Assembly: GCA_963713855.1 (NCBI GenBank)
Contig: OY970209.1
Span: 928,001-992,000, forward strand
DNA: 64,000 nucleotides
Direction: 5' to 3'
Source: an uncultured bacterium
GTDB taxonomy: Bacteria > Babelota > Babeliae > Babelales > Babelaceae
Below are positions 30,081-40,113 of this stretch, piece by piece. The position numbers and the translations under genes were made by a program. Numbering within the stretch: position 1 is the stretch's first letter; each line of letters begins with the position of its first letter. Under the pieces are notes generated by a model that saw only the letters and a program-made list of their open reading frames with translations, did not search any database and was not told where the DNA came from.

Positions 30081-32731
30081 ATGAAAAACAAAACACATTT
30101 TAAATCGATGCGAAGTGGGCCTCGTCATTTCTTTTTTTTGATTAGTGCGACTGTCTTAGGGTTAATTCTCTTGACTAACCTGATAGACCATTCCCGCTTG
30201 ACGCAGCCGATGCCCTATTCTGCTTTTTGGAAGAATGTTGAGCTTGGCCACGTAAAGTCAGTGCGTATAATAGGTCAAAAAATACATGGTGCGCTAAAAG
30301 ATAATAAAACTCAGTTTGAGACTGTAGCACCTGAAAACAACCCGCAGTTATGGGCTCTTCTTAAAGAGCACGGTGTTGAGGTAACATTCTCTGAGCCGCA
30401 CGCCTTGGCAGCCGGCTGGCATTGGGTTGCTCTTATGGGCTTATTGGTTATGGCAATCTTCGTATGGCTCCTTTTAAGGCAATCTCGAGGATCCGGTTCT
30501 TCTAGTAGTACTATCTTTAGTATGGGTAAAAGCCGGGCAAAGATGATTTCGCCTACACAGGTAAAAATTAATTTCTCTTGCGTTGCTGGTGCCGAGGAAG
30601 CAAAGCAAGCTCTTGGTGATGTTATCGATTTTTTAAAACATCCTGAAAAATTTAAGCGCTTGGGGGCTAGACTCCCTCGAGGCATTTTGCTTGTTGGTGA
30701 GCCTGGAAATGGAAAAACGCTTCTTGCAAAAGCTGTTGCAGGTGAAGCAAATTGTCCATTTTTTATTGTAAATGGGTCAGATTTTGTAGAGGTATTTGTG
30801 GGCGTTGGTGCTGCTCGCATACGGGACCTTTTTGCACAAGCTCGAAAGCAAGCGCCATGCATCGTCTTTATTGATGAATTTGATGCTATTAGCAGGCAAC
30901 GCGGCACTGGCCTTGGTGGAAATAATGATGAGCGCGAACAGACTCTTAACCAGCTTTTGACCGAGCTTGATGGTTTTGAAAGTCAAAATGTACCCGTTGT
31001 AGTAATTGCAGCAACTAATTTATCTGACGTTCTTGATAAAGCCGTTTTGCGGCCAGGAAGGTTTGATCAACGTATTGATATCCCATTTCCTGATACAAAG
31101 GCAAGAGAAGATATTTTGCGTATTCATGCGCGCGATAAGCGTATTTCTTCTGATATAGATTTTAAGAACATTGCTCTTGATACTGCTGGCTTTAGTGGGG
31201 CTGATCTTGCAAATCTTATTAACCAAGCGGCCCTTATAGGCTCGAAAAAGGGACATGATGTCGTTACGTTAACTGACATACAAGAAGCGAGAATTCGCCT
31301 TTTTAAGTCGCAAGAAACGCACGCTAATGTGGGAGCAAGTCAGAAGGGAGCTGCTAATGCGCGCCTTTTTATGCCCTCTCAGATTAAAACAACGTTTAAA
31401 GACGTTGCTGGTATAAAAGAGGCAAAGGAAGAGGTTGAAGATATAATACATTTTCTTGCGTCAGCCAGAGAAATTTAAACGCTTGGGTGCACGAATACCT
31501 CGTGGTGTTCTTCTGGTTGGAGACCCGGGAAATGGAAAAACGCTTCTTGCAAAAGCTATAGCTGGTGAAGCTCAATGTCCGTTTTTTAGTGTGAGTGGTT
31601 CCGACTTTATTGAAATGTTTGTCGGCGTCGGTGCTTCACGCGTGCGGGACCTTTTTACGCAGGTACGAAGGCACTCACCAAGTATTGTGTTTATTGATGA
31701 GATCGATTCTATTGGTGCTAGCAGAACGGGAAGTGGCCATGGTGGCGATCAGGAGCATAGTAGGACACTTAATCAGCTTCTAGCTGAGATGGATGGTTTT
31801 AATACGACGGGCAACGATACCATTGTTATTGGTGCAACAAACAGAGCAGATATTCTTGATAGTGCTTTATTAAGGCCGGGAAGGTTTGACCGTCAGGTTA
31901 CGGTACCTTATCCAGATTTGGCATCTCGCGAAGAGATCTTGCAAGTGCATGCTCGTGGCGTGATTATTGACGAAGGTGTCAACTTGAGGACTATAGCACG
32001 TGGTACTCCGGGCTTTTCTGGTGCTGATTTAGCTAACCTTATCAATGAAGCGGCGCTTTTTGCATCAAAGCAGGGGCATGAACGTGTGTTGCCGAAGGAC
32101 TTTGACGAGGCGCGAGATAAAATTATTATGGGTAAGGAGATGCGATCAATTGGCTTATCTCCAAAAGAGCTTAAAATAACAGCCTTTCATGAGGCAGGGC
32201 ACGCTTTAGTGCGGCTTTTAATGCCCGACGTAACCGATCCGCTTTATAAAGTGACAATTATACCTCGAGGCGCCTCTTTAGGATCGACTCATTATTTGCC
32301 TGAGCGCGAGAAATACACTTCAACTAAAGAAGAAATGCTTGCCTCGATAATGTCCGCGTTAGGTGGTCGTATTGCAGAGGAAATAGTATTTAATACGCTC
32401 TCTACCGGTGCATCAAGCGATTTTAAGGTTGCTACGGATATCGCTCGTAAAATGGTTTGCAGCTACGGCATGACTGATAATCTCGGTGTTATGTTATATG
32501 AGGCGCCATCGTATAGTAACCGCCAGAGCTATTCTCAAGAGACTGCGCATAAGATTGATGAGGAAATTCGTTCAATTCTTAAGGCATGTTATGATAAAGC
32601 AAAGGAGCTTCTTTTGGCCCATCGAGAAAAACTGGACAAGACTAGCCCAGCTTCTTCTGGAAAAAGAGACTTTGCATGCTGACGAAATTTATGCTTCGCT
32701 TGAGATTGTAAGAACAGAAAAAGTCTCTTAG
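30081..32731 (+). CDS. ftsH: ATP-dependent zinc metalloprotease FtsH with two tandem AAA+ domains (about 882 aa after correcting two apparent +1 frameshifts near 31452 and 32639)
   Basis: Two TM helices with periplasmic domain; AAA1 ([20 protein letters not shown]); AAA2 ([20 protein letters not shown]); HEAGH protease motif; LLEKETL tail in a third frame. Confidence 0.88.
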
Positions 32732-32833
32732 AGCCTGAATTGCTTGTTTTTGTTATTTATGCTATAGTGTAAAGATATGTTTATAGTCCAATTGCTTACC
32801 TTCAACTGTATTTAGAACAAAGGGTATATTGAT

Positions 32834-33034
32834 ATGTCACGCATCTGCTGTGTCTGTGGCAAAGGGCCTCAGGTAGGTAATATTGTGAGCCACGCCAATA
32901 ATAAAACGAAAAGATGGGTTTACCCCAATGTCCATCGTATGCGCTTTACGCTGTCTGAGCACGATAGCCGAGTAAAGAGTGGCAATGTGTGCTCTAAGTG
33001 TATGAAAGCAAAAAAAGTTATTAAATTCGTTTAA
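32834..33034 (+). CDS. rpmB: 50S ribosomal protein L28 (Zn-binding form)
   Basis: [25 protein letters not shown]...VCSKC. Confidence 0.95.
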   Translation: MSRICCVCGKGPQVGNIVSHANNKTKRWVYPNVHRMRFTLSEHDSRVKSGNVCSKCMKAKKVIKFV

Positions 33035-33048
33035 GGTTTTAGGATTCT

Positions 33049-33336
33049 ATGGCCAATACTAAGTCAGCACAAAAAAATGCCCGTAAGAATGAAATACGTC
33101 GCCTACAGAACAGTGCGCGTCGTTCAGCGCTTAAAACTGCAATACGAAAAGTTTATGCATCTTTTGAGGTAAGTAAGGATGGTGAGCAAGCTCAAGAATT
33201 GTTAAAAGTGGTAGCTGCTCAGCTCGCTCGTGCAAAAAGCAAGAAACTTATCCATAAGAATACCGCTGCTCGCAAATTGTCTCGTTTGACAAAACAAGTG
33301 GCTGCTCAAAATGGGCAATCACCTAAACCGGCATAA
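33049..33336 (+). CDS. rpsT: 30S ribosomal protein S20
   Basis: MANTKSA...IHKNTAARKLSRL. Confidence 0.97.
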   Translation: MANTKSAQKNARKNEIRRLQNSARRSALKTAIRKVYASFEVSKDGEQAQELLKVVAAQLARAKSKKLIHKNTAARKLSRLTKQVAAQNGQSPKPA

Positions 33337-33373
33337 TTTTTGTATATTGATTTATACGAGTTTATGAGCAAAT

Positions 33374-33406
33374 AAAAAAAAGGGGATGTAAAAACATCCC
33401 CTTTTT
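33374..33406. terminator. Bidirectional intrinsic terminator
   Basis: A-tract, AGGGGATGT-aaaa-ACATCCCCT, T-tract, between convergent genes. Confidence 0.85.
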
Positions 33407-33430
33407 GCATGTTAAACGCCCTGTGAGAAA

Positions 33431-33688
33431 CTACTCACCACATTCAGCATTATCTTCTCTGATTGTGTCTGGTGGGCAAACCCAGTGGCAAGTTGTTTCG
33501 CAAACTTTGCGAGCTGGGCATTCTTTTCTTACCATCTTATAGCAGTTTGGTCTTGGCTCTGTGCAAACTTCAGTTGTTGAACAACGTGGACGACATCCGC
33601 CGCAGTTGCCGAATCCGAAGATACCACCAAAAGCGTTGCTTGCAACGACAGATGATAATACTAGAGCTAAAGCTATAACCTTCTTCAT
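33431..33688 (-). CDS. Small cysteine-rich secreted protein (10 Cys)
   Basis: Signal peptide MKKVIALALVLSSVVASNAFG, AAGGAG RBS, downstream terminator. Confidence 0.8.
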   Translation of the reverse strand: MKKVIALALVLSSVVASNAFGGIFGFGNCGGCRPRCSTTEVCTEPRPNCYKMVRKECPARKVCETTCHWVCPPDTIREDNAECGE

Positions 33689-34002
33689 AGCAATCTCCTT
33701 TTATAGGTTATCCGTTTTTACTTCTCGTAGGCCTACGACTGTTATTATGACAAACTTAAAATTTATAAGGCAACTGTTTTGTAAAAAATTTATAAAACAT
33801 TATAAAAAAGAGTGGATTTTCGCTATGTTTTAACGCTGTCAGACTTTAAAGTTTTCACATTGTATAAATAATAATAAAAATAGAAAATTTTTGACTTCAT
33901 TAAAAAAGCTTGTAAATAAGGCACTTTTTTACCTTTATTGGCTCAAAACGGCCCTGGACAAGTGGAACAAATTGTTTTATGATCATTTCATGCTTTTAAA
34001 AC

Positions 34003-34078
34003 GGGCCCATAGCTCAGCGGTCAGAGCAATCGGCTCATAACCGAAAGGTCCCAGGTTCGAACCCTGGTGGGCCCACCA
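34003..34078 (+). tRNA. tRNA-Ile2 (CAT, lysidine-type)
   Basis: GGGCCCA acceptor, CT-CAT-AA loop, GTTCGAAC, CCA end. Acceptor stem is typical of Ile2 rather than Met. Confidence 0.9.
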
Positions 34079-34100
34079 AGTGAGAGATCGGAAAAATAGT

Positions 34101-34802
34101 ATGTCCCAAGATCCTTTCACGAACTTTATTAACTTTATTGAGTGCGACCATTCTCTTGCGAGGAATCGTCTCGAGGTGGAATTTTTTAAAAAAGAAGTAA
34201 CCCGGCTTCTGGTGGAGGAAGAAAACGAACAGCGTCGCCTTGATGGCCTTAAGGAGCGTGTTCAAACACTCCACAATGAAATAAGGGCTTATGAAGCTGA
34301 AGCCCAAGTCAAAAGAGCGCGCCAAAAAGATATACAAAAACGACTTCTCGAAATTACAAATGCACGCGAGTACACAGCCTTACATCACGAACTTGAAGAA
34401 CTTGAACGTTCAAAAGCGCGAATGGAAGATAAGTGGCTTGAAAGTTCTGAAAGTCATGAAGCTGCAAAGGATACTTATAACAAAGAGCAGCAAAAATGGG
34501 AGGGCTGGCAAAAAGAGCAAAAAGCTTCGATTGATGCTAAAAAAGCCTCTCTAGAAGCTCTTGAAAGTCAGCGCGTACGTATGGAAGAGCAATGTGCGGC
34601 TTTGCATGCTAAAGTCACGCCGGAATTTCTTGAAGAGTATACAGCAATGAAGCGGCTTGTTGATGATCCTGTTGTTCCTGTTAACAATCTTTTTTGTAGC
34701 GCCTGTAATCAACAAATTACTACGCACGATATGTCGCTTTTAAGAAAACACGTCTTATTGGCTTGCAAAGAATGCTATCGTAAATTGTATCTTCCCCTGT
34801 AG
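34101..34802 (+). CDS. Coiled-coil C4 zinc-ribbon protein (DUF164/CT398-like)
   Basis: Long coiled coil with NAREYTAL; C-terminal CSAC...CKEC. Confidence 0.85.
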   Translation: MSQDPFTNFINFIECDHSLARNRLEVEFFKKEVTRLLVEEENEQRRLDGLKERVQTLHNEIRAYEAEAQVKRARQKDIQKRLLEITNAREYTALHHELEELERSKARMEDKWLESSESHEAAKDTYNKEQQKWEGWQKEQKASIDAKKASLEALESQRVRMEEQCAALHAKVTPEFLEEYTAMKRLVDDPVVPVNNLFCSACNQQITTHDMSLLRKHVLLACKECYRKLYLPL

Positions 34803-34810
34803 GAGTAAGT

Positions 34811-35263
34811 ATGAGTACCTGGGAAGTCTATATCGATGGCGCATCACGTAATAACCCCGGGCTAGCCGGTGCTGGTATATATGTGCTCAAGAATGGGGAG
34901 CCTTTTTTAAAAAAATGTTCTTTTTTAGGTGTTAAAACAAATAATCAAGCCGAGTATTATGCCCTTCTTCTTGGTCTTTTTTACGTTCATCTTCTGATAG
35001 CTTCTGGCGATCAGGTGTCAATTTTTTCTGACTCCCAGCTTATGGTTAGGCAATTAAAAGGTGAATATCGCGTCAAAGATTCTGATTTAAGGCCTCTTTA
35101 TATGTGTGCAGCTACGTTTTTAGCCACCATTATCTGGAAGATTGAGCACATAGTCCGTGCGAAGAATGCGATGGCTGATAGGCTGGCAAATGAAGGCATT
35201 GATAAAAAGCTACCATTGCCTCGAGGCTTTGGGGTTTTTTGTAAACAATATTATAATCAATGA
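34811..35263 (+). CDS. rnhA: Ribonuclease HI family protein
   Basis: YIDGASRNNPG, TNNQAEY, SDSQL, N..ADRLAN. Confidence 0.92.
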   Translation: MSTWEVYIDGASRNNPGLAGAGIYVLKNGEPFLKKCSFLGVKTNNQAEYYALLLGLFYVHLLIASGDQVSIFSDSQLMVRQLKGEYRVKDSDLRPLYMCAATFLATIIWKIEHIVRAKNAMADRLANEGIDKKLPLPRGFGVFCKQYYNQ

Positions 35264-36513
35264 ATATGAAAATAGTTTGCCTTGGCTTAACCCTTCTTAC
35301 GTCTATTTCAACACTGTGCAGGGTACCAGTCCGCGGTCAGGCAATCAAAATAACACAGGCATCTTCATCTGCAGCTACTGCAAAACCGACAAAAACTGTT
35401 CTTATAAAAGCACCTGATAATCAAATGTTTGTGCGCGTCCTTTTGGATGAAAGAGCAGCGACTGATGGGCCTTTGTGGGTGCTTTCAACGACGGGACACT
35501 TTTTAACCGCCGATGGGCATACCCCTTATAAGTATCAAGAACTTTTAAGCTCCGCTATAACGCTTTCAATGAACAACGGTGCCTTAACTGTTAATGGAAT
35601 TAAAACACCGAGTCATAAGGCGTACATAGTTTCAACTGCTAACGCTATACATCATGGGATGTATACGTATAACGGCACTTTTATGCTCGTAAAAAAAGGC
35701 CGCAAGGTTCAACTTATTAATGTTATTGAACTCGAAGACTACGTTGCCTCAGGACTACGGTGGGAAATGTTACCGGGTTGGCATTCTGCAGCTTTGCAAG
35801 CCGGAGCTATTGCTTATCGCACATATGTTATTAAAAGTATTCTTACAGGGCGGAAGAAAGCGCACGCAGAAGAATACGATATTCGCTGCACCCCGATCCA
35901 TCAAACGTATAAAGGAACGCATAACTGCCCAACTATTCACAACGCTGTAAAAAAAACCCACGGAACGATTTTAACTTACAAAAAAGAGCCGATTGATGCT
36001 TTATACGATGCTTGCTGTGGTGGAAGCATACCTGCCCGGAGGGAAGGAATTGACTTTAAAAAGGCTCCCTACTTAGCCCGCGCTTATGCATGCACTTATT
36101 GTAAAAAATCTAAGTTGTACACCTGGCGATTAACATACTCACTAAATGAACTAAGGGAAGCCTTGACGCCACTGGTGACGAGAAAGGGGCCTTTGCAAGA
36201 CATACGTATTAGCGATAAAGATAAGGCCGGAGCAGCTCGCGAGCTTAAGGTCAAGATTAAAAACCAGTGGAGCACTCTCAATGCACAAAAAATCCCTCTG
36301 GTTTTTAAAAATGCCAAAAGTAGCACTTTCACGCTGAAAAGACGCGGAACACAGGTGAGCCTCGAAGGATTTGGATATGGGCACCAATACGGCTTTTGCC
36401 AGTGGGGTGCCCAGGGAATGGCAGAAAGAAATTGGGACTGCAAAGGAATCTTGAGATTCTATTATCCAGGCACTACAGTGACCAAATATACACATCATGA
36501 GTATAAGGCTTAG
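35260..36513 (+). CDS. SpoIID/LytB-domain peptidoglycan lytic protein
   Basis: LEDYV..EM, ALQA.AIA.RTY, HQTYKG, CGG, GYGH..G.CQWGA, IL.FYYPG. Confidence 0.9.
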   Translation: MNMKIVCLGLTLLTSISTLCRVPVRGQAIKITQASSSAATAKPTKTVLIKAPDNQMFVRVLLDERAATDGPLWVLSTTGHFLTADGHTPYKYQELLSSAITLSMNNGALTVNGIKTPSHKAYIVSTANAIHHGMYTYNGTFMLVKKGRKVQLINVIELEDYVASGLRWEMLPGWHSAALQAGAIAYRTYVIKSILTGRKKAHAEEYDIRCTPIHQTYKGTHNCPTIHNAVKKTHGTILTYKKEPIDALYDACCGGSIPARREGIDFKKAPYLARAYACTYCKKSKLYTWRLTYSLNELREALTPLVTRKGPLQDIRISDKDKAGAARELKVKIKNQWSTLNAQKIPLVFKNAKSSTFTLKRRGTQVSLEGFGYGHQYGFCQWGAQGMAERNWDCKGILRFYYPGTTVTKYTHHEYKA

Positions 36514-36607
36514 CATTGTTAAGCCATTTCATTGATTTCTTTAATTTCATTATTCTATATTAGTATTAAAGTGCATGGACGCTTTCGGCTTATATAAGGA
36601 GTTTATT

Positions 36608-36988
36608 ATGAAAAAATTAATTTTCGGGGCTTTATTCGTAGCTAGCGGTTTTGCTATCGTTCAATCAAATGCAGAAATGCCTGGTGGTCAGGGTTATACT
36701 GATATAACCTCCGAGGTTAAGTTTAGTCCGGGGTTTGTCGGCATTCATTCTTTCAGCGATAATCCAATGTCTGGTGGTTACATTACAGTGCTTGGTGAAA
36801 AAATAGCTGATTATGCAATTCAAGAAAGAAGTACCTTAGGTATAATGAATAAGATTCATGTTGGTACGTGGGGAACTCGCGACCTCGTTGTAGATAGTAA
36901 AGATTTCCAAGATGGCTTGGCTAAAGTCTCTCACGTTGTCATGGGATCGGGTCCAGTCATGACCCATCATGGCATGGCAACAGAATAA
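36608..36988 (+). CDS. Hypothetical secreted protein
   Basis: AAGGAG RBS, signal peptide, followed by a terminator. Confidence 0.7.
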   Translation: MKKLIFGALFVASGFAIVQSNAEMPGGQGYTDITSEVKFSPGFVGIHSFSDNPMSGGYITVLGEKIADYAIQERSTLGIMNKIHVGTWGTRDLVVDSKDFQDGLAKVSHVVMGSGPVMTHHGMATE

Positions 36989-36990
36989 CA

Positions 36991-37030
36991 TAAAGAAGCT
37001 GGCTTGGTTTTGTCCGAGTCAGCTTCTTTA
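36991..37030 (+). terminator. Intrinsic terminator
   Basis: TAAAGAAGCTGGCTTGG...CCGAGTCAGCTTCTTTA hairpin. Confidence 0.7.
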
Positions 37031-37217
37031 TTCATTAAATTGGTCCGCAAATTTTCTCAAAACAGTTTATAAATACGCATTGTTTTTTTCTTTTTTTCCT
37101 TCTATAGCTTTTTTTTACATAATTTTTTTATGATTGTTCTTAAGTCTTGTATTTTCGAAGTGTTTAACTATACTTCTACCAGATGAAAAAACACAGTTAT
37201 AAAAAAAAGGTTTTTGC

Positions 37218-37709
37218 ATGCCTGGTTATAAGGGTCATATTGCAGGAGCCATGTTTACGTGGATGGTGGCTCTGTTTTTGCTTCTTTTCGTGCGTTTTGT
37301 AACTGGGTTACAGGCGCTAGAGTGGGGAGCTGCAGCCTTGGCAGGTGGCCTTTTTCCAGATCTTGATATTAAAAGTGTGGGTCAAAAGTGGCTTTTTCGA
37401 ATTCTTTTTATTGCTGGCATAGCGCTTATTTTTTGCGAGCATTATAAACTCGTTGCCTTGATGCTCTTGTGCTCGTGCATTCCGATGCTCGTAAAGCATC
37501 GCGGTCTTATGCATTCCCTGTATTTTATAACGTGTGTATCTTTAGGAACGGGCATATTATTAAGCTATCGTTTTCCCGTTTATCGAGAGGTTATTTTTTT
37601 TGACATGCTTTTTTTCTGGCTAGGTGCTTTATCTCATCTTGCGCTTGACGGTCATGGAATGTTTGCGCCTTACAAAAACTTTGGTAAGAAATTTAAGCAC
37701 CTTCATTGA
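37218..37709 (+). CDS. Membrane-bound metal-dependent hydrolase (YdjM-like)
   Basis: GH, FPDLD, HRGLMHS, SHLALD motifs. Confidence 0.85.
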   Translation: MPGYKGHIAGAMFTWMVALFLLLFVRFVTGLQALEWGAAALAGGLFPDLDIKSVGQKWLFRILFIAGIALIFCEHYKLVALMLLCSCIPMLVKHRGLMHSLYFITCVSLGTGILLSYRFPVYREVIFFDMLFFWLGALSHLALDGHGMFAPYKNFGKKFKHLH

Positions 37710-37871
37710 GGCTTTATAAAAAGTACGAAACTACGGCTATTGAGCCAGTTCTAGAGCCTTTTTGACTGTTTTACGTTTAACAAATCGCGGCGTATAAGTC
37801 TTTGGCTTGAACATTTTCGGTTACCATCTCTTGCTAAAACTCTTGATTTTGTAATTCCTTACGGCTAGGAT

Positions 37872-38132
37872 ATGACGAGCATTATCTTTACCAGTTTAAG
37901 GAGGTTTTTTGCAATGGTAATCATGGACATGCCCATACTTTCAATACTAGCTTTTAGCGCAATCGTCGGTTTAGTGGTTTTCCTGTTTGATCTTATAGTA
38001 CCTGGCCTCACGGGGCGCCAACGGGCAGCCATGACACTAATGGACCTTATTTTTTTCATCCTCTTCTTGGCCATTGTCATTTTCTTACTCCGTGCGGTAG
38101 GTTTCTGGCCAACGCTGATTGCTGGCATTTAA
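37872..38132 (+). CDS. Small hypothetical membrane protein
   Basis: Two hydrophobic helices; AGGA RBS. Confidence 0.6.
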   Translation: MTSIIFTSLRRFFAMVIMDMPILSILAFSAIVGLVVFLFDLIVPGLTGRQRAAMTLMDLIFFILFLAIVIFLLRAVGFWPTLIAGI

Positions 38133-38161
38133 GAGCTTTGGCTTAAAGCAGGGGGCATTAT

Positions 38162-38983
38162 CTATGTCCCCTGCTTTTGTAGCCCAAAAATTCGCTGTGC
38201 GTTCTGACTTGTCTTACTACTTACCTCATCAAACGAGATCTTTAAAAGTTCGCTTATATACTGTGCGATTGTGTAGATTTGATCGGGACTGTTTGTCTTT
38301 CCTCGTATGACTTGCGGCGGAAGAAAAGGAGCGTCTGTTTCAAGCACGATGTGCTCAATTCCGACAGCTTCCACAACCGATCTTAAAAGAGTGTTCTTAG
38401 GGTACGTTACTGGTCCCCCTATACCTAAAACAAAACCGAGAGCCTTAGCCCGTGTTGCAAATGCTAGGTCTTCCGAAAAGCAATGTATCGTACCGAGTAA
38501 TGGTTCTCCTTTAAAAGCTTCTAAGCATTCTAAGGTTTCTTCATAAGCATCGCGGGTGTGCACAACTATGGCTTTGTTATATTCTAAGGCGAGCTCTATT
38601 TGGGCCTTAAAGGCTGACTTTTGCATGTTAATATCATAGCCGGGATAATGTTTGTCGATACCGCACTCGCCTACGCCAACAATGAGCCCATTACGATCTT
38701 TTTCAAGCATTCTTTTAAGTTCTTTAATATCATCTTGCCAAAAAGCTGTCGCATCGTTTGGATGGATGCCAACTGTGGCAAACACAGGTGAAAAAGTGCT
38801 TGCAAGGTCAACCGATTGGTAGCTACTCTTAACATCTGTTCCAATACATATGACGGATGTCACGCCAGCGGTGCGAGCTTTTTCCAAGATCTCCTGTGCT
38901 TTCTGGCATTCTTCTTGATTAAATTCTATACTTTCAGTTATTTTAATCATCATGTTGATATGACAATGGGTATCTATTAACAT
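38162..38983 (-). CDS. tatD: TatD family DNase
   Basis: DTHCH, GIHP, GECGID, HTRDA, HCF, LETDAPFL. Confidence 0.95.
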   Translation of the reverse strand: MLIDTHCHINMMIKITESIEFNQEECQKAQEILEKARTAGVTSVICIGTDVKSSYQSVDLASTFSPVFATVGIHPNDATAFWQDDIKELKRMLEKDRNGLIVGVGECGIDKHYPGYDINMQKSAFKAQIELALEYNKAIVVHTRDAYEETLECLEAFKGEPLLGTIHCFSEDLAFATRAKALGFVLGIGGPVTYPKNTLLRSVVEAVGIEHIVLETDAPFLPPQVIRGKTNSPDQIYTIAQYISELLKISFDEVSSKTSQNAQRIFGLQKQGT

Positions 38984-39114
38984 CAAAATCCTTTTGCAGA
39001 GCGAAGAATGATGGGTTTTATTTGACAAACTAATAAATGGAATTAGTATATCTTACTAACAGTGCGGCGTTTATTACTCTAACCAATACTACTCTAACAT
39101 CAAGGAGTTAGTTT

Positions 39115-39399
39115 ATGAATAAAACTGAGCTTATTAACTCACTCAGTGAAGAAACCACCTACAGTAAGCGCGACATCGCGCGAGTGCTTGACGCTCTTGT
39201 GCGCATTATGGTGCGGGAGCTCAAAAAAGGCAACCGGCTACAATGGTCGGGCTTAGGCACCTTCAGTGTAGCTCTAAGACCAGCTCGGTTGGGAATCAAT
39301 CCAGTTACTAAGCAGAGAATCAATCTCCCTGCGAGTAAAGTACCTAAATTTAGGCCAGGCAAACAACTTAAGGAGTTGATACGAACAACAGCACGCTAA
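39115..39399 (+). CDS. hup: HU family DNA-binding protein
   Basis: MNKTELI...GLGTF...R.G.NP.T...PKFRPGK.LK. Confidence 0.95.
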   Translation: MNKTELINSLSEETTYSKRDIARVLDALVRIMVRELKKGNRLQWSGLGTFSVALRPARLGINPVTKQRINLPASKVPKFRPGKQLKELIRTTAR

Positions 39400-39440
39400 T
39401 AGCGTAAGAATTTAGTAAATCTTTGATTGCTTTTGCCCTT

Positions 39441-39468
39441 GAAAAAGCCGCCCTAAAGCGGCTTTTTC
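39441..39468 (+). terminator. Intrinsic terminator
   Basis: GAAAAAGCCGC-cctaaa-GCGGCTTTTTC. Confidence 0.8.
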
Positions 39469-39730
39469 TCTTTTAAAGTTCCCTTATTATCATCTTTTAA
39501 CTTTCACGCAGCCTAAAAGCACCTTAAAGTCCGACATTTTTGAAAAATTTCTCTGGTGCATATAGCTGTAAGAAAACAGCCATTTTCACATTCCGAATAC
39601 GGCAGTTAAGCTCACAGCGCCAATGATACTTGTCTGCTAATGGACCTGGAAAGTGGGTAAATGAGAAAGCCGCAGGTTAGTTGCCTGAGGCTTTTTTACT
39701 ATGCTTTTGCTAGAGCATTATAGTTAAGTT

Positions 39731-40094
39731 TTAGAGATTTGCGGATACGCCTGCAGTCACATTACCGTAACGTATGCTAAGAGCTACCAAAGAGTTCCCG
39801 CAAGCATTTAGATTTAGACTGAAATTTTCAAGACTTCCTTTTCCGTTTCTATCATGCAATTGGCCATCGATGCTAGTAAAGCAACAAGGGAGAGATGTTT
39901 GGCTAGCGGATAAGTTGTTTTTTCGTGGAACCTGGTTGAATAAGGCTTGAAGGTGTGCTACCGCACAAGGAAGTATGAGCTTGTGTCGTGATGGGATAGT
40001 CAGTACCATTCAATATCCAAATGTCGGTACATAAGCATAAGCTAGAGAAAGTGAGCATTCCTAGAAAAGTTATAAGAGTGCGTTGAAAAAACAT
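39731..40094 (-). CDS. Small secreted Cys-containing protein, apparent +1 frameshift at T6 run 39918-39923; paralog of 40114..40491
   Basis: Joining ORFs 39903..40094 and 39731..40009 gives a 120-aa protein colinear with its neighbour (N.T.YP, QPG.T, CCFT...GQL, GNV). Confidence 0.7.
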
Positions 40095-40113
40095 TTCTTT
40101 ATCCTTTCATAGT

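Noticed and set aside
30311..30907. Long antisense ORFs over ftsH and other housekeeping genes
   Set aside because: Shadow ORFs on the opposite strand of conserved genes, with no RBS or motifs.
34035..34337. Minus-strand 100-aa ORF ending VGPPGFEPGTFRL
   Set aside because: Antisense shadow of the tRNA and the zinc-ribbon gene.
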